Source of the DNA: Anaerolineae bacterium
GTDB lineage: Bacteria > Chloroflexota > Anaerolineae > Aggregatilineales > Phototrophicaceae
DNA length: 64,000 bases
Assembly (NCBI GenBank): GCA_034432495.1
Contig: DAOUCB010000168.1
Span: 5,527 to 69,526 of the forward strand
Direction of reading: 5' to 3'
Shown piece after piece: positions 55,752 through 64,000 of the stretch (position 1 is its first letter; each line of letters begins with the position of its first letter). The notes below the pieces were generated by a model, which was not told the DNA's origin, did no database searches, and saw only the letters and a program-made list of their open reading frames with translations. Both the position numbers and the translations under genes were made by a program.

Positions 55752-56557
55752 GTCGCGGCCTCGACCTTTACCGCTTGCCGATGGCGCACGAACAAAATCA
55801 CCCCCGCGACGACGAAAATCGTCACCGACAGCCACTGCGCCGTCGTCAGTGGGCCAATGCCGTTGCTGTCCAGCCGCACGAAATCAAGCAGGAAGCGCCC
55901 GGTCGCGTAAAACATCAGGTAGATCGCCATCAGATCGCCCCGGCGCAGCCGTTCGCGCCAGCGCCGCTCGATCCCCAGAATGATCCCCAGTGAAATCAAA
56001 TTCCAGATCGACTCATACAGGAACAGTGGGTGAAACGTCGAATACTGTTCATAGCCCGCAACCCGATGCTCCGGCGAAATATAGATTGCCCAGGGCAGCG
56101 TTGATGGCGCGCCATACAATTCCTGGTTGACGAAATTTCCCCAGCGCCCAATCGCCTGTGCGATCAGGATTCCCGGCACTGCCAGGTCGAGAAACTGGAG
56201 CAGCGAATAGCCGTGTCGTCGCGTATACAACCACAGTCCCAGCGCCCCGCCGATGATCGCGCCGTAAATCCCCAGCCCGCCGTTCCATATCGACAATATT
56301 TCCAGCGTATGTTCCAGATAGTACTGCACCGTAATCCCCGAAGCAGGTGTCGGCGTCAGCACGTGATACAGCCGCGCGCCAATGATCCCCGGCACGAACG
56401 CCCACGACAGCGCATCCCAAATCGTATCCGAGCTAATTCCCACGCGCGCCGCCCGCCGCGTCGTGAACCATGTCGCCACCACAATCCCCAGCCCGAGGAT
56501 CAGCGCGTAAAAATGCACGTACAGCGGGCCGAGATGAATTCCGTATGCGTCAATCAA
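55748..56557 (-). CDS. lgt: prolipoprotein diacylglyceryl transferase
   Basis: Lgt signatures: GGLGIYGAIIGG and AIGRWGNFVNQELYG. Polytopic, 269 aa. 4-nt convergent overlap with the UxaB-like gene. Confidence 0.9.
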   Translation of the reverse strand: MIDAYGIHLGPLYVHFYALILGLGIVVATWFTTRRAARVGISSDTIWDALSWAFVPGIIGARLYHVLTPTPASGITVQYYLEHTLEILSIWNGGLGIYGAIIGGALGLWLYTRRHGYSLLQFLDLAVPGILIAQAIGRWGNFVNQELYGAPSTLPWAIYISPEHRVAGYEQYSTFHPLFLYESIWNLISLGIILGIERRWRERLRRGDLMAIYLMFYATGRFLLDFVRLDSNGIGPLTTAQWLSVTIFVVAGVILFVRHRQAVKVEAAT

Positions 56558-56644
56558 AATCGTTTCCCATATCGCTTAAATCGGTCGCGCCCATCCTAAA
56601 TCCGAACCGCATACAATGCCACCGAGAATTATCCCTGAACTTTT

Positions 56645-56670
56645 CTTCTCTGCGTCCTCTGTGGTAGAAA
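56645..56670. repeat. family B-related pyrimidine-rich repeat (CTTCTCTGCGTCCTCTGTGGTAGAAA)
   Basis: Resembles TCTCTGTGTCCTCTGTGGTTCAAT at 60154-60177. Lies between the lgt start and the aminotransferase stop. Confidence 0.5.
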
Positions 56671-56690
56671 CGTCCTTATTTTTAATTTCC

Positions 56691-56721
56691 CTTTGCGATC
56701 TTGGCGTCTTGGCGGTTCAAT
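56691..56721. repeat. pyrimidine-rich dispersed repeat, family B copy 2 (CTTTGCGATCTTGGCGTCTTGGCGGTTCAAT)
   Basis: 29 of 31 positions identical to 44368-44398. Its TCA (56717-56719) supplies the stop codon of the minus-strand aminotransferase gene. Confidence 0.75.
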
Positions 56722-57877
56722 TCTTTCCGCCCTGACTCAGCTCTGCGATGACCTCGCCCAGAATATTCGCCGCTCGCTCAATATCCTTTGGTGGCGCGAA
56801 ACTGTACGTCAGTCGCAGATGATGCGCCCCATCCGTCGGGTTGATGAAGTAGCCTTCGCCCGCCGCCACCGCGACTCCCCGCTCTGCCGCTCGTTTTTTG
56901 ACTTCTTTCCCGTAAACCGTTGGCGGCAGCGTCACCCACACAAAGAACCCGCCCGCCGGCGTCGTCCAACGGACTCCCTCTGGCATCGACCGTTTCAGCG
57001 CATCCAGCAGGGTCTCGCGCCGCATCCGATATAACTCGCGCAGCCCTTCGACATGCCGCTCCCAATCGCCTGCACAGCAGTATTCCGCAACAATCAGTGC
57101 GCTCAGCGGACTCGCGCCGCCGCCCATCTGCGTCGTGCCGCAGCCGACAAAGCCCTCAATCGCCGCCGCCGACCCGATCAGCCACCCCAGCCGCAGTCCC
57201 GGCGCAAGCGTTTTCGAGAAGCTGCCAATTTGCAGCACGTCGATCCCTTCCGCCAGTGCGAAGAAACTCGCCGGAGGCTGCACATCGTAAGCAAGCTGCC
57301 GATAAACATCATCCTCGACTATCGTCACCCCATACTGACGTGCCAGCCGCACAATTTCGCGCCGTCGATCTTCTGGCAGCGTAATCCCCGTCGGATTGTG
57401 AAACGTCGGGATCGTGTAAAACAATTTTGCCGGATTTCCGCTTTCGGCGAGTCGCTTGAGCGTTGCTTCAAACTCCACGACGATCATCCCGCTTTCGTCC
57501 ATCGGGACGCCATGCAGCTCGACCCCATGATCGCGAAAGATGTGCAGCGCGTCGGCGTAGGTCGGCGCTTCCACGATCACCGCCCGCCCGACTCGCGTAT
57601 ACAGCCGCGCAATCATATCGACCGCGTGCGTCGATCCGCCCACGATCATCATCTGCTCCGCGCTCAGCGCCAGTCCTTGCTCGCGGTTGATTTTTTCCGT
57701 CAGGTATTTGATCAGCGCCACGTTCCCCTGCTCACGCCCGTATGACAGCGCTGCGCGCGGCTGCGCCATCGCCCGCTCTACTGCTGCCTCGAATTCTGGC
57801 GTCACCAGCGTCGTTGGGTCAGGATGCCCTAGCATCAGCGAGATGCTGTTGTTCGTTATGCCCTGTGGTTGCATCAA
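56717..57877 (-). CDS. PLP-dependent aminotransferase, class I/II fold
   Basis: PLP-lysine motif in QIGSFSKTLAPGLRLGW. 386 aa. Confidence 0.8.
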   Translation of the reverse strand: MMQPQGITNNSISLMLGHPDPTTLVTPEFEAAVERAMAQPRAALSYGREQGNVALIKYLTEKINREQGLALSAEQMMIVGGSTHAVDMIARLYTRVGRAVIVEAPTYADALHIFRDHGVELHGVPMDESGMIVVEFEATLKRLAESGNPAKLFYTIPTFHNPTGITLPEDRRREIVRLARQYGVTIVEDDVYRQLAYDVQPPASFFALAEGIDVLQIGSFSKTLAPGLRLGWLIGSAAAIEGFVGCGTTQMGGGASPLSALIVAEYCCAGDWERHVEGLRELYRMRRETLLDALKRSMPEGVRWTTPAGGFFVWVTLPPTVYGKEVKKRAAERGVAVAAGEGYFINPTDGAHHLRLTYSFAPPKDIERAANILGEVIAELSQGGKN

Positions 57878-58005
57878 GCGTTACCTTCACAAACAAATGT
57901 CGACGAAAATTTGTTAACATTGCTGTGGTATCAGAAGTTTAAATGTCTATAATACCAGCCTGTCAAATGCACAGGCAGTCAATTCCACACATCAGGAGAT
58001 TAGCG

Positions 58006-59067
58006 ATGAGCAGCGGAAAAGCAAGGATTTCCATTTTCTGTAGTCTTTTGATCGCTTTGGTCGCGCTGGTCGGCGCATCGAGCGCTACTGCGCAGTCGAG
58101 CGATCCGGTCAAGCTGAATTTGGGCTATTCCGTCTGGGTCGGATATGGCCCCTGGTTCATTGCCCAGGAAAAAGGCTATTTCGCCGATAATGGCCTCGAC
58201 GTCACCCTGACCGACGTCGAAAACCCCGCCGACCGCTTCACGGCGATGGCGGGCGGGCAGTTGAACGGCCTCTCGACCACCCTCGACACACTTTCGCAGT
58301 ATTGCAACCCGGAGACACCTTTCAAAGCCGTTCTCGCCCTCGATGAATCTTCCGGTGGCGATGGCATCGTCGCTAATTCCAGCATCACCTCGATTGCCGA
58401 TCTCAAGGGCAAGAAGATCGGCGTCAATCTCGGTTCGGTTTCGCAGTTCCTCCTCGAATATATTTTCAAGGAAAACGGACTCACTGATGCTGATGTGACC
58501 CTCGTCCGCATGTCGCAGGGCGATGTGCCTGCCGCGCTTGCCGCCGGGCAAATCGACGCGGGCGTCACCTGGGAACCGCACCTGACCGCCTCCGTCAAGA
58601 ACGGCGCAACCCTCTTAGTCGATTCGAAATCGACCCCCGGCCTGATCGTGGACATCCTCGTGCTGCGTCAGGATGTTATTGACGAACATCCTGAAGTCCC
58701 CGGCGCGCTCATCGACGCTTGGTATAAGTCGATTGCCTATCTCAACAGCGATACTGAAGACGCCGAAAGCATCATGGCGAAGGGTCTGGGCAGCTTCTAT
58801 GAAACTGCCGCCGACATCGCCGCTGACCTCAAGGGCGCGACCATGTTCGATCAGCCTATGAATGAAGCCTTTTTCGCTCCCGGCATGGACGGCGCGCCCA
58901 GCAAAGCTGCTGAAACGACCGACTTTGCCACGACCACCTACAGCGATCTCGGCATCATCACCAATCCCTGCACTTCGGACAAGCTGATCGATTCATCGTT
59001 CGTCCTTCCCGAAGGCATGATGACCGAAATGCCCATGATGACACCGGAAGCCACCGCATCCTCATAA
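58006..59067 (+). CDS. NitT/TauT-family ABC substrate-binding protein
   Basis: Signal peptide MSSGKARISIFCSLLIALVALVGASSATAQ. Core with VKLNLGYSVWVGYGPWFIAQEKGYF, typical of SsuA/TauA/NrtA-type SBPs. AGGAG lies 7 nt upstream of ATG 58006. Confidence 0.75.
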   Translation: MSSGKARISIFCSLLIALVALVGASSATAQSSDPVKLNLGYSVWVGYGPWFIAQEKGYFADNGLDVTLTDVENPADRFTAMAGGQLNGLSTTLDTLSQYCNPETPFKAVLALDESSGGDGIVANSSITSIADLKGKKIGVNLGSVSQFLLEYIFKENGLTDADVTLVRMSQGDVPAALAAGQIDAGVTWEPHLTASVKNGATLLVDSKSTPGLIVDILVLRQDVIDEHPEVPGALIDAWYKSIAYLNSDTEDAESIMAKGLGSFYETAADIAADLKGATMFDQPMNEAFFAPGMDGAPSKAAETTDFATTTYSDLGIITNPCTSDKLIDSSFVLPEGMMTEMPMMTPEATASS

Positions 59068-59082
59068 TCCGATCTGGCAGCG

Positions 59083-59109
59083 TAGGGGCGCACGCAGCGG
59101 TGCGCCCTA
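59083..59109. repeat. GC hairpin after the SBP gene (TAGGGGCGCAC-gcagcg-GTGCGCCCTA)
   Basis: 10-bp stem with one bulged G, followed by TCCATTTGTCGTTT. Lies in the 160-bp gap between the SBP and permease genes of the same operon. Confidence 0.6.
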
Positions 59110-59227
59110 TCCATTTGTCGTTTAGCCTCCTTCCGAAACTTGTTTCGGCGGGGGCTTTCTTCTTCTCGCCAGATCCTTTGAGGATCTGGCGGTAAACCGA
59201 ACGCCCAACAGAGCAAGCGACTCACCT

Positions 59228-60082
59228 ATGGAAATCACGACCGACAAACCAGCGCCGAAAGCCCCAACCTCCCCAAAACCCACCCATCTCACTGATCTCT
59301 GGAAACCACACGCCCGCATTCCGCGCCGCGTCTATATAGGCACAGTCATCTTCAGCATCGCCCTGCTGCTGATCGTCTGGAGTGTCCTGTCCTACGGCGG
59401 TTTCGTTAAACCGAGTTATTTCCTGCCAAGTCCAACAGCGGTCATCACTGCTGGTGCGCGCATGATCGAAACGGGCGAGTTGGGAGAGCACGCATTCGCC
59501 AGCCTTAGTGTGGTGATCACCGGCTGGGTAGTCGCTGCCTTGTTGGCTATTCCACTCGGCATATTGATGGGCAGTTTGCAAATCTTCGAAGCCTTCGTCG
59601 AGCCGATAGTCGATTTCGTTCGCTATTTGCCCGTCAGCGCCATGATCCCACTGCTGATCCTTTATGTTGGCATCAATTTCGAGGAAAGGGTCGCCGTCAT
59701 CTTCATCGGTACGTTCTTCCAGTTAATCCTAATGGTCGCTGATGTGGCCGCACACGTCGCCAATGATTTGCTCGACAGCGCCTACACACTCGGTACATCG
59801 CGCTTTCGCGTTTTTTCGACAATTCTGCTCCCGGCGACGCTCCCAGGCGTCATGGATGCGCTGCGCATCACCCTCGGTTGGGCCTGGACATACGTAGTCG
59901 TTGCCGAACTCGTCGCCGCTGACCGAGGTCTCGGCTTCCTGATCATGACTTCGGAGCGTGGCCTGCGCATCGACAAAATTTTCGTTGGCCTCGTGACCAT
60001 CGGCCTGCTGGGCTTTGCCAGCGACACTATCCTGAAATTCCTGCATCGGCGGCTCCTGCCCTGGTCGCCGCGCCTGCGCTAA
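59228..60082 (+). CDS. NitT/TauT-family ABC transporter permease
   Basis: Six hydrophobic helices and an EAA-type loop (LLDSAYTLGTSRFRVFSTILLPATLP). Confidence 0.85.
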   Translation: MEITTDKPAPKAPTSPKPTHLTDLWKPHARIPRRVYIGTVIFSIALLLIVWSVLSYGGFVKPSYFLPSPTAVITAGARMIETGELGEHAFASLSVVITGWVVAALLAIPLGILMGSLQIFEAFVEPIVDFVRYLPVSAMIPLLILYVGINFEERVAVIFIGTFFQLILMVADVAAHVANDLLDSAYTLGTSRFRVFSTILLPATLPGVMDALRITLGWAWTYVVVAELVAADRGLGFLIMTSERGLRIDKIFVGLVTIGLLGFASDTILKFLHRRLLPWSPRLR

Positions 60083-60106
60083 TCTGGTCTTGTTCCTTAT
60101 TTTTTA

Positions 60107-60177
60107 CTTTGCGTCTTTGCGTTAAATCTTTTCTCTTTCAGTTTTCTCTGAGGTCTCTGTGTCCTCTGTGGTTCAAT
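60107..60177. repeat. two family B-related repeats (CTTTGCGTCTTTGCGTTAAA and TCTCTGAGGTCTCTGTGTCCTCTGTGGTTCAAT)
   Basis: 8-nt periodic CTTTGCG / CTCTGTG units ending in GTTAAA / GGTTCAAT. They lie in the permease-ATPase spacer. The ORF-track ATG at 60176 lies inside the repeat. Confidence 0.6.
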
Positions 60178-60195
60178 GTTTTTCAAGGGTTTCTG

Positions 60196-60994
<799 letters not shown>

Positions 60995-61148
60995 TCATCA
61001 TCGCAAGAAGTGTTTTCAGAATCACCAGAGCACCGCATGAAAGTTAAAATGGTATCCGAAATAAGTCACAAACGGGTTAAAAAGCATAAGAAAATCAGGT
61101 TGGGTTTTGCCAACCTTCGACCGTCTAATCATGATCCGAGGTGATTTG

Positions 61149-62108
61149 ATGTCCACCAAACCGCGCTACCGCCCCGTTGACGCAATGGTCTACCCGCGCT
61201 TCAGCGGAATTCGCACCTTCATGCGTCTTCCCCTCGTCACTGACCTGACGGACGTGGATTTCGCCGTTGTCGGCGTCCCCTTCGATACCGGCGGAACCTA
61301 CCGCGTCGGCGCGCGTTTCGGCCCCGAAGGTATCCGCAGCCAGTCAACGCTCTTGCGTCCCTTCAATCCCGCCTTGAACATTGCCATCTTCGATTACTGT
61401 TCTGGCATCGACTACGGTGATCTCCCCGTGATACCCGGCTACCTGCCTGAATCGCACCAGCAAATCGAAGCAGGCGCAAGCACCGTTTACGCCAGCGGCG
61501 CGACACCCGTCTTTCTCGGCGGTGATCATTCCGTCTCGCTGCCGCTGCTGCGCGCCACCGCCAAAAAGTTCGGCCCCGTCGCCTTGATCCACTTCGATTC
61601 CCACAGCGATCTCTGGCCGGGGTATTTCGGCGGCAAAGACACGCATGGCACGCCGTTCCGCCGCGCTTATGAGGAGGGTCTGCTCGACACCTCGCGCTCG
61701 ATTCAGGTCGGCCTGCGCGGCTCCGTCTACGACGAAGGCGACGTCACCATGCCCACCGATCTCGGCTTCGAGGCCATCCCCGCCCCCGAAGTCCACGAGA
61801 TCGGCATGAAGGAAACCATCCGCCGCATTCGTGAGCGTGTCGGCAGCGGATCGGCTTACGTCACCTTCGACATTGATTTTGTCGATCCAGCCTACGCACC
61901 CGCGACGGGGACGCCCGAAGTCGGAGGCTTCACCAGCGCCCAAAGTTTGCAACTGGTACGCGGCTTGATTGGCATGAACATCGTCGGTTTTGACGTTGTC
62001 GAGGTCATGCCGCCCTACGATCCGCCTGGCAGCGTCACCTGCTTGCTGGCGGCGAGTGTGGCCTACGAGTTCATTTCACTGATTGCATTGCAGAGGAAGC
62101 AGATTTAG
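61149..62108 (+). CDS. arginase-family ureohydrolase (agmatinase / guanidino-acid hydrolase-like)
   Basis: Complete binuclear-metal ligand set: LGGDHSVSL, HFDSHSDL, FDIDFVDPAYAP, GFDVVEV. Start at MSTKPRYRP (GAGG upstream). Confidence 0.8.
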   Translation: MSTKPRYRPVDAMVYPRFSGIRTFMRLPLVTDLTDVDFAVVGVPFDTGGTYRVGARFGPEGIRSQSTLLRPFNPALNIAIFDYCSGIDYGDLPVIPGYLPESHQQIEAGASTVYASGATPVFLGGDHSVSLPLLRATAKKFGPVALIHFDSHSDLWPGYFGGKDTHGTPFRRAYEEGLLDTSRSIQVGLRGSVYDEGDVTMPTDLGFEAIPAPEVHEIGMKETIRRIRERVGSGSAYVTFDIDFVDPAYAPATGTPEVGGFTSAQSLQLVRGLIGMNIVGFDVVEVMPPYDPPGSVTCLLAASVAYEFISLIALQRKQI

Positions 62109-62109
62109 C

Positions 62110-63219
62110 TTATCCGTTGAGGGTGACTGGGGTTCTCCAGAATCGCCCGATGTCGTCGGCTTCTTCCACGATCAGGCGCTCAACTTCCCTATCAAACGCC
62201 TCAAACGCTTTCACCGTGATTTTGAGGCGTTTTGGTGTGCGTTCGTAGCGCCAAACGCCCGCCGCCAACCCATCGACCAGCACCACCGGAACCGTTTGTC
62301 CGCCATGATAAACTTCCGGCTGATGTTCTTTGCGAACCAAATCTTCCCGCTGGCGATACCCCAGCAGGTAAGCATCAAACGCGGGGAGCAGCCGCACCAT
62401 AGGTTGAGCGCCTGCCATTGGTTTCGCTTTCACAAGTGTTGACAGAGTCCGTTCTCCAACCTGCACGTCAATCAGCCTTTCAGCCTTCTCCAGCGCTGTC
62501 CAACCCAGCTTTGCCTCAGTCAGCGATAAGCCGCTCCACGCTGCAAAGTCCTTTACATCGGCAGGACCATACCCCATCAGATAGCGCTCCGCCAGTTCAG
62601 CCAGCGCCTTGTCTTTTGTGACTGGCTTGCTCGACTTAATCCACACATCCAGCAGCACATAAGTCGTTTCACCGTTCGCCCGATCCGGCCCCAGACAAAT
62701 AATCCCCTCCAGCGCCGCCTGCGCGATCAGGTGAATCAGCGCCTGCCCTTTCGGATCGATCTTCACTGCACGTTCAAGCAGTTTTTCCCGCAGCTCATGG
62801 CGTGTCAGCGGATCGCTTGCCTTCAGAATTTCTCGGATCGCCTTCAGCCCCGCCGCCGACACCTTTTCATCGACGCCGAGTTGCAGCCGCCGCCGCTTGT
62901 CCTTCGCGGAGAATCCTGCGCCTAGCAGCCCGACTATCCAGCCAACATCCTCAGCCGCCAGCAGATGCAGCGTGCCGCGCATCGCCCACGTTCGTGCCAG
63001 CGAATGTTGTTCTGCAATCGCCTGCTCCACGTCGCGCAGCTCTAAATCGCTCACACGCGCCCGCAGCGCCAACTGCATCGCAGCCGCAAGCTGACCCTGA
63101 ATCCCGACAACATCGCGCACCGCTTCAACCAGTTTTGTCGCTGGCAGCCGTCCATCCAGATGCTGCGCTTGTGTCCGTGCCGCCCGGAGTTCATCGCCTG
63201 TGAGTGGTGTCACTTTCAA
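62110..63219 (-). CDS. winged-helix DNA glycosylase-like protein (AlkZ/YcaQ, HTH_42 family), paralog 2
   Basis: Same architecture and length as 42260-43357. VVGIQGQLAAA (Q-x-Q) and TLHLLAAED match TLHLLTAAD in paralog 1. TTG start (GTG 6 nt downstream is possible). Confidence 0.65.
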   Translation of the reverse strand: MKVTPLTGDELRAARTQAQHLDGRLPATKLVEAVRDVVGIQGQLAAAMQLALRARVSDLELRDVEQAIAEQHSLARTWAMRGTLHLLAAEDVGWIVGLLGAGFSAKDKRRRLQLGVDEKVSAAGLKAIREILKASDPLTRHELREKLLERAVKIDPKGQALIHLIAQAALEGIICLGPDRANGETTYVLLDVWIKSSKPVTKDKALAELAERYLMGYGPADVKDFAAWSGLSLTEAKLGWTALEKAERLIDVQVGERTLSTLVKAKPMAGAQPMVRLLPAFDAYLLGYRQREDLVRKEHQPEVYHGGQTVPVVLVDGLAAGVWRYERTPKRLKITVKAFEAFDREVERLIVEEADDIGRFWRTPVTLNG

Positions 63220-63235
63220 CTTTCGACTTTTAACT
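63213..63235 (-). repeat. family A repeat, short copy 3 (sense strand AGTTAAAAGTCGAAAGTTGAAAG)
   Basis: Fills almost the whole 19-nt gap between the hutH stop and the AlkZ-like start and includes that start codon. On the plus strand it is the 7-nt periodic ACTTTCA ACTTTCG ACTTTTA ACTTCTT. Confidence 0.65.
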
Positions 63236-63238
63236 TCT

Positions 63239-64000
63239 TTAGCTTAGAATCTCATCCGTCGCATTGGCGATTTGCCCGCTGGCGACCAGATTCCGCACAC
63301 TTTCCATGTGGCGATACAGCACCGTATCCTCTTCGATGAACGGCACGTGTTCGCGAATCAGCTCATACACGGGTGCAGTCCCGCATCCGAGCGCTTTATC
63401 CGAACCCATCCGCCCACGCCGAAAGTCAATCCCCTGCGCCGCTGCCATCAACTCAATCGCCAGCACCCGCTCGACGTTGATCGCAATCTGCCGCAGTTTC
63501 AGCCCCGCCGTCACCCCCATACTGACGTGATCCTCGACGTTCGCCGAAGTCGAAATCGTATCGACGCTTGCGGGATGCGCCAGCACCTTGTTTTCGGTCG
63601 CCATTGCCGCCGCCGTGTACTGCAAAATCATGAAACCGGAATTCAGCCCGCCATTCTCAGTCAGGAAAGCAGGCAGCACATGCACGTTCGACGCTTCGTC
63701 GGTCAGCCGCATAATCCGCCGCTCAGAGATGTTGCCGAGTTCGCTCAGCGCAATCGCTAAATAATCCATCGCGATTGCCAGCGGCTCACCATGAAAATTC
63801 CCGCCCGAAATCACGTCGATTGCGCCGTTCTCTTCATCAATGAATATCAGCGGGTTATCCGTGACGGCGTTCAGTTCAATCTCGAACGCCCAGCGACAGT
63901 AGGCAATCGCGTCGCGCGCCGCCCCATGCACCTGCGGGATGCAGCGCAGGGTGTAAGCATCCTGCACGTCCGTCGAACTATCCGCGCGCGTGAACTCGCT
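63239..64000 (-). CDS. hutH: histidine ammonia-lyase, C-terminal part (5' end lies beyond the window)
   Basis: VQDAYTLRCIPQVHGAARDAI, NAVTDNPLIF and SGGNFHGEPLA are classic HAL/PAL-family stretches. The frame stays open to base 64000, so the track start (a GTG) is internal. Confidence 0.85.
   Translation of the reverse strand, partial: SEFTRADSSTDVQDAYTLRCIPQVHGAARDAIAYCRWAFEIELNAVTDNPLIFIDEENGAIDVISGGNFHGEPLAIAMDYLAIALSELGNISERRIMRLTDEASNVHVLPAFLTENGGLNSGFMILQYTAAAMATENKVLAHPASVDTISTSANVEDHVSMGVTAGLKLRQIAINVERVLAIELMAAAQGIDFRRGRMGSDKALGCGTAPVYELIREHVPFIEEDTVLYRHMESVRNLVASGQIANATDEILS

Noticed and set aside
57878-58005. Possible guanidine (ykkC) or other riboswitch upstream of the NitT/TauT operon
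   Set aside because: The 128-nt region is AT-rich and lacks the conserved GGGA/ACGR-type ykkC elements or any extended pairing I could fold by eye. Only a TATAAT box (57948-57953) stands out, and it has a poor -35.

Overview
GC-rich bacterial chromosomal window with AT-rich spacers. It holds about 52 protein genes and no rRNA, tRNA, CRISPR array, transposase or integrase that I can see. Most of it is saprophyte-type catabolism and uptake. (1) Arabinan locus: GH43-CBM42, GH51 abfA, a sugar ABC system and a LacI regulator with a readable promoter and two operators. (2) Putrescine/spermidine-type ABC operon with an aldehyde dehydrogenase. (3) GH27, GH42, rhamnose mutarotase, UxaA-like and UxaB-like hexuronate enzymes. 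(4) A LacI-linked Opp/Dpp-type ABC operon flanked by PhyH-type dioxygenases. (5) A NitT/TauT ABC system plus an arginase-family ureohydrolase, ending in a truncated hutH. The unusual part is 20.4-36.8 kb. It contains a tightly coupled five-gene operon: SWIM zinc-finger protein, a 507-aa unknown, a MoxR-like AAA+ ATPase, a 777-aa protein and a CoxE-type vWA protein. By my reading the N-terminus of the 777-aa protein looks TraB/Tiki-like. I know of no described function for this operon. About 3 kb away is an FHA / Ser-Thr kinase / vWA / triple zinc-ribbon / PP2C operon that resembles an expanded TerY-P phosphorylation triad. A 1000-aa GH94-like protein lies between the two. The window also carries three dispersed non-coding repeat families: an AT-rich heptad-periodic intercistronic element, a CTTGGCG-type pyrimidine-rich repeat ending in GGTTCAAT, and GGGGCGCAC-type GC hairpins. 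All product calls rest on motif recognition by eye in the supplied translations. No database search was run.
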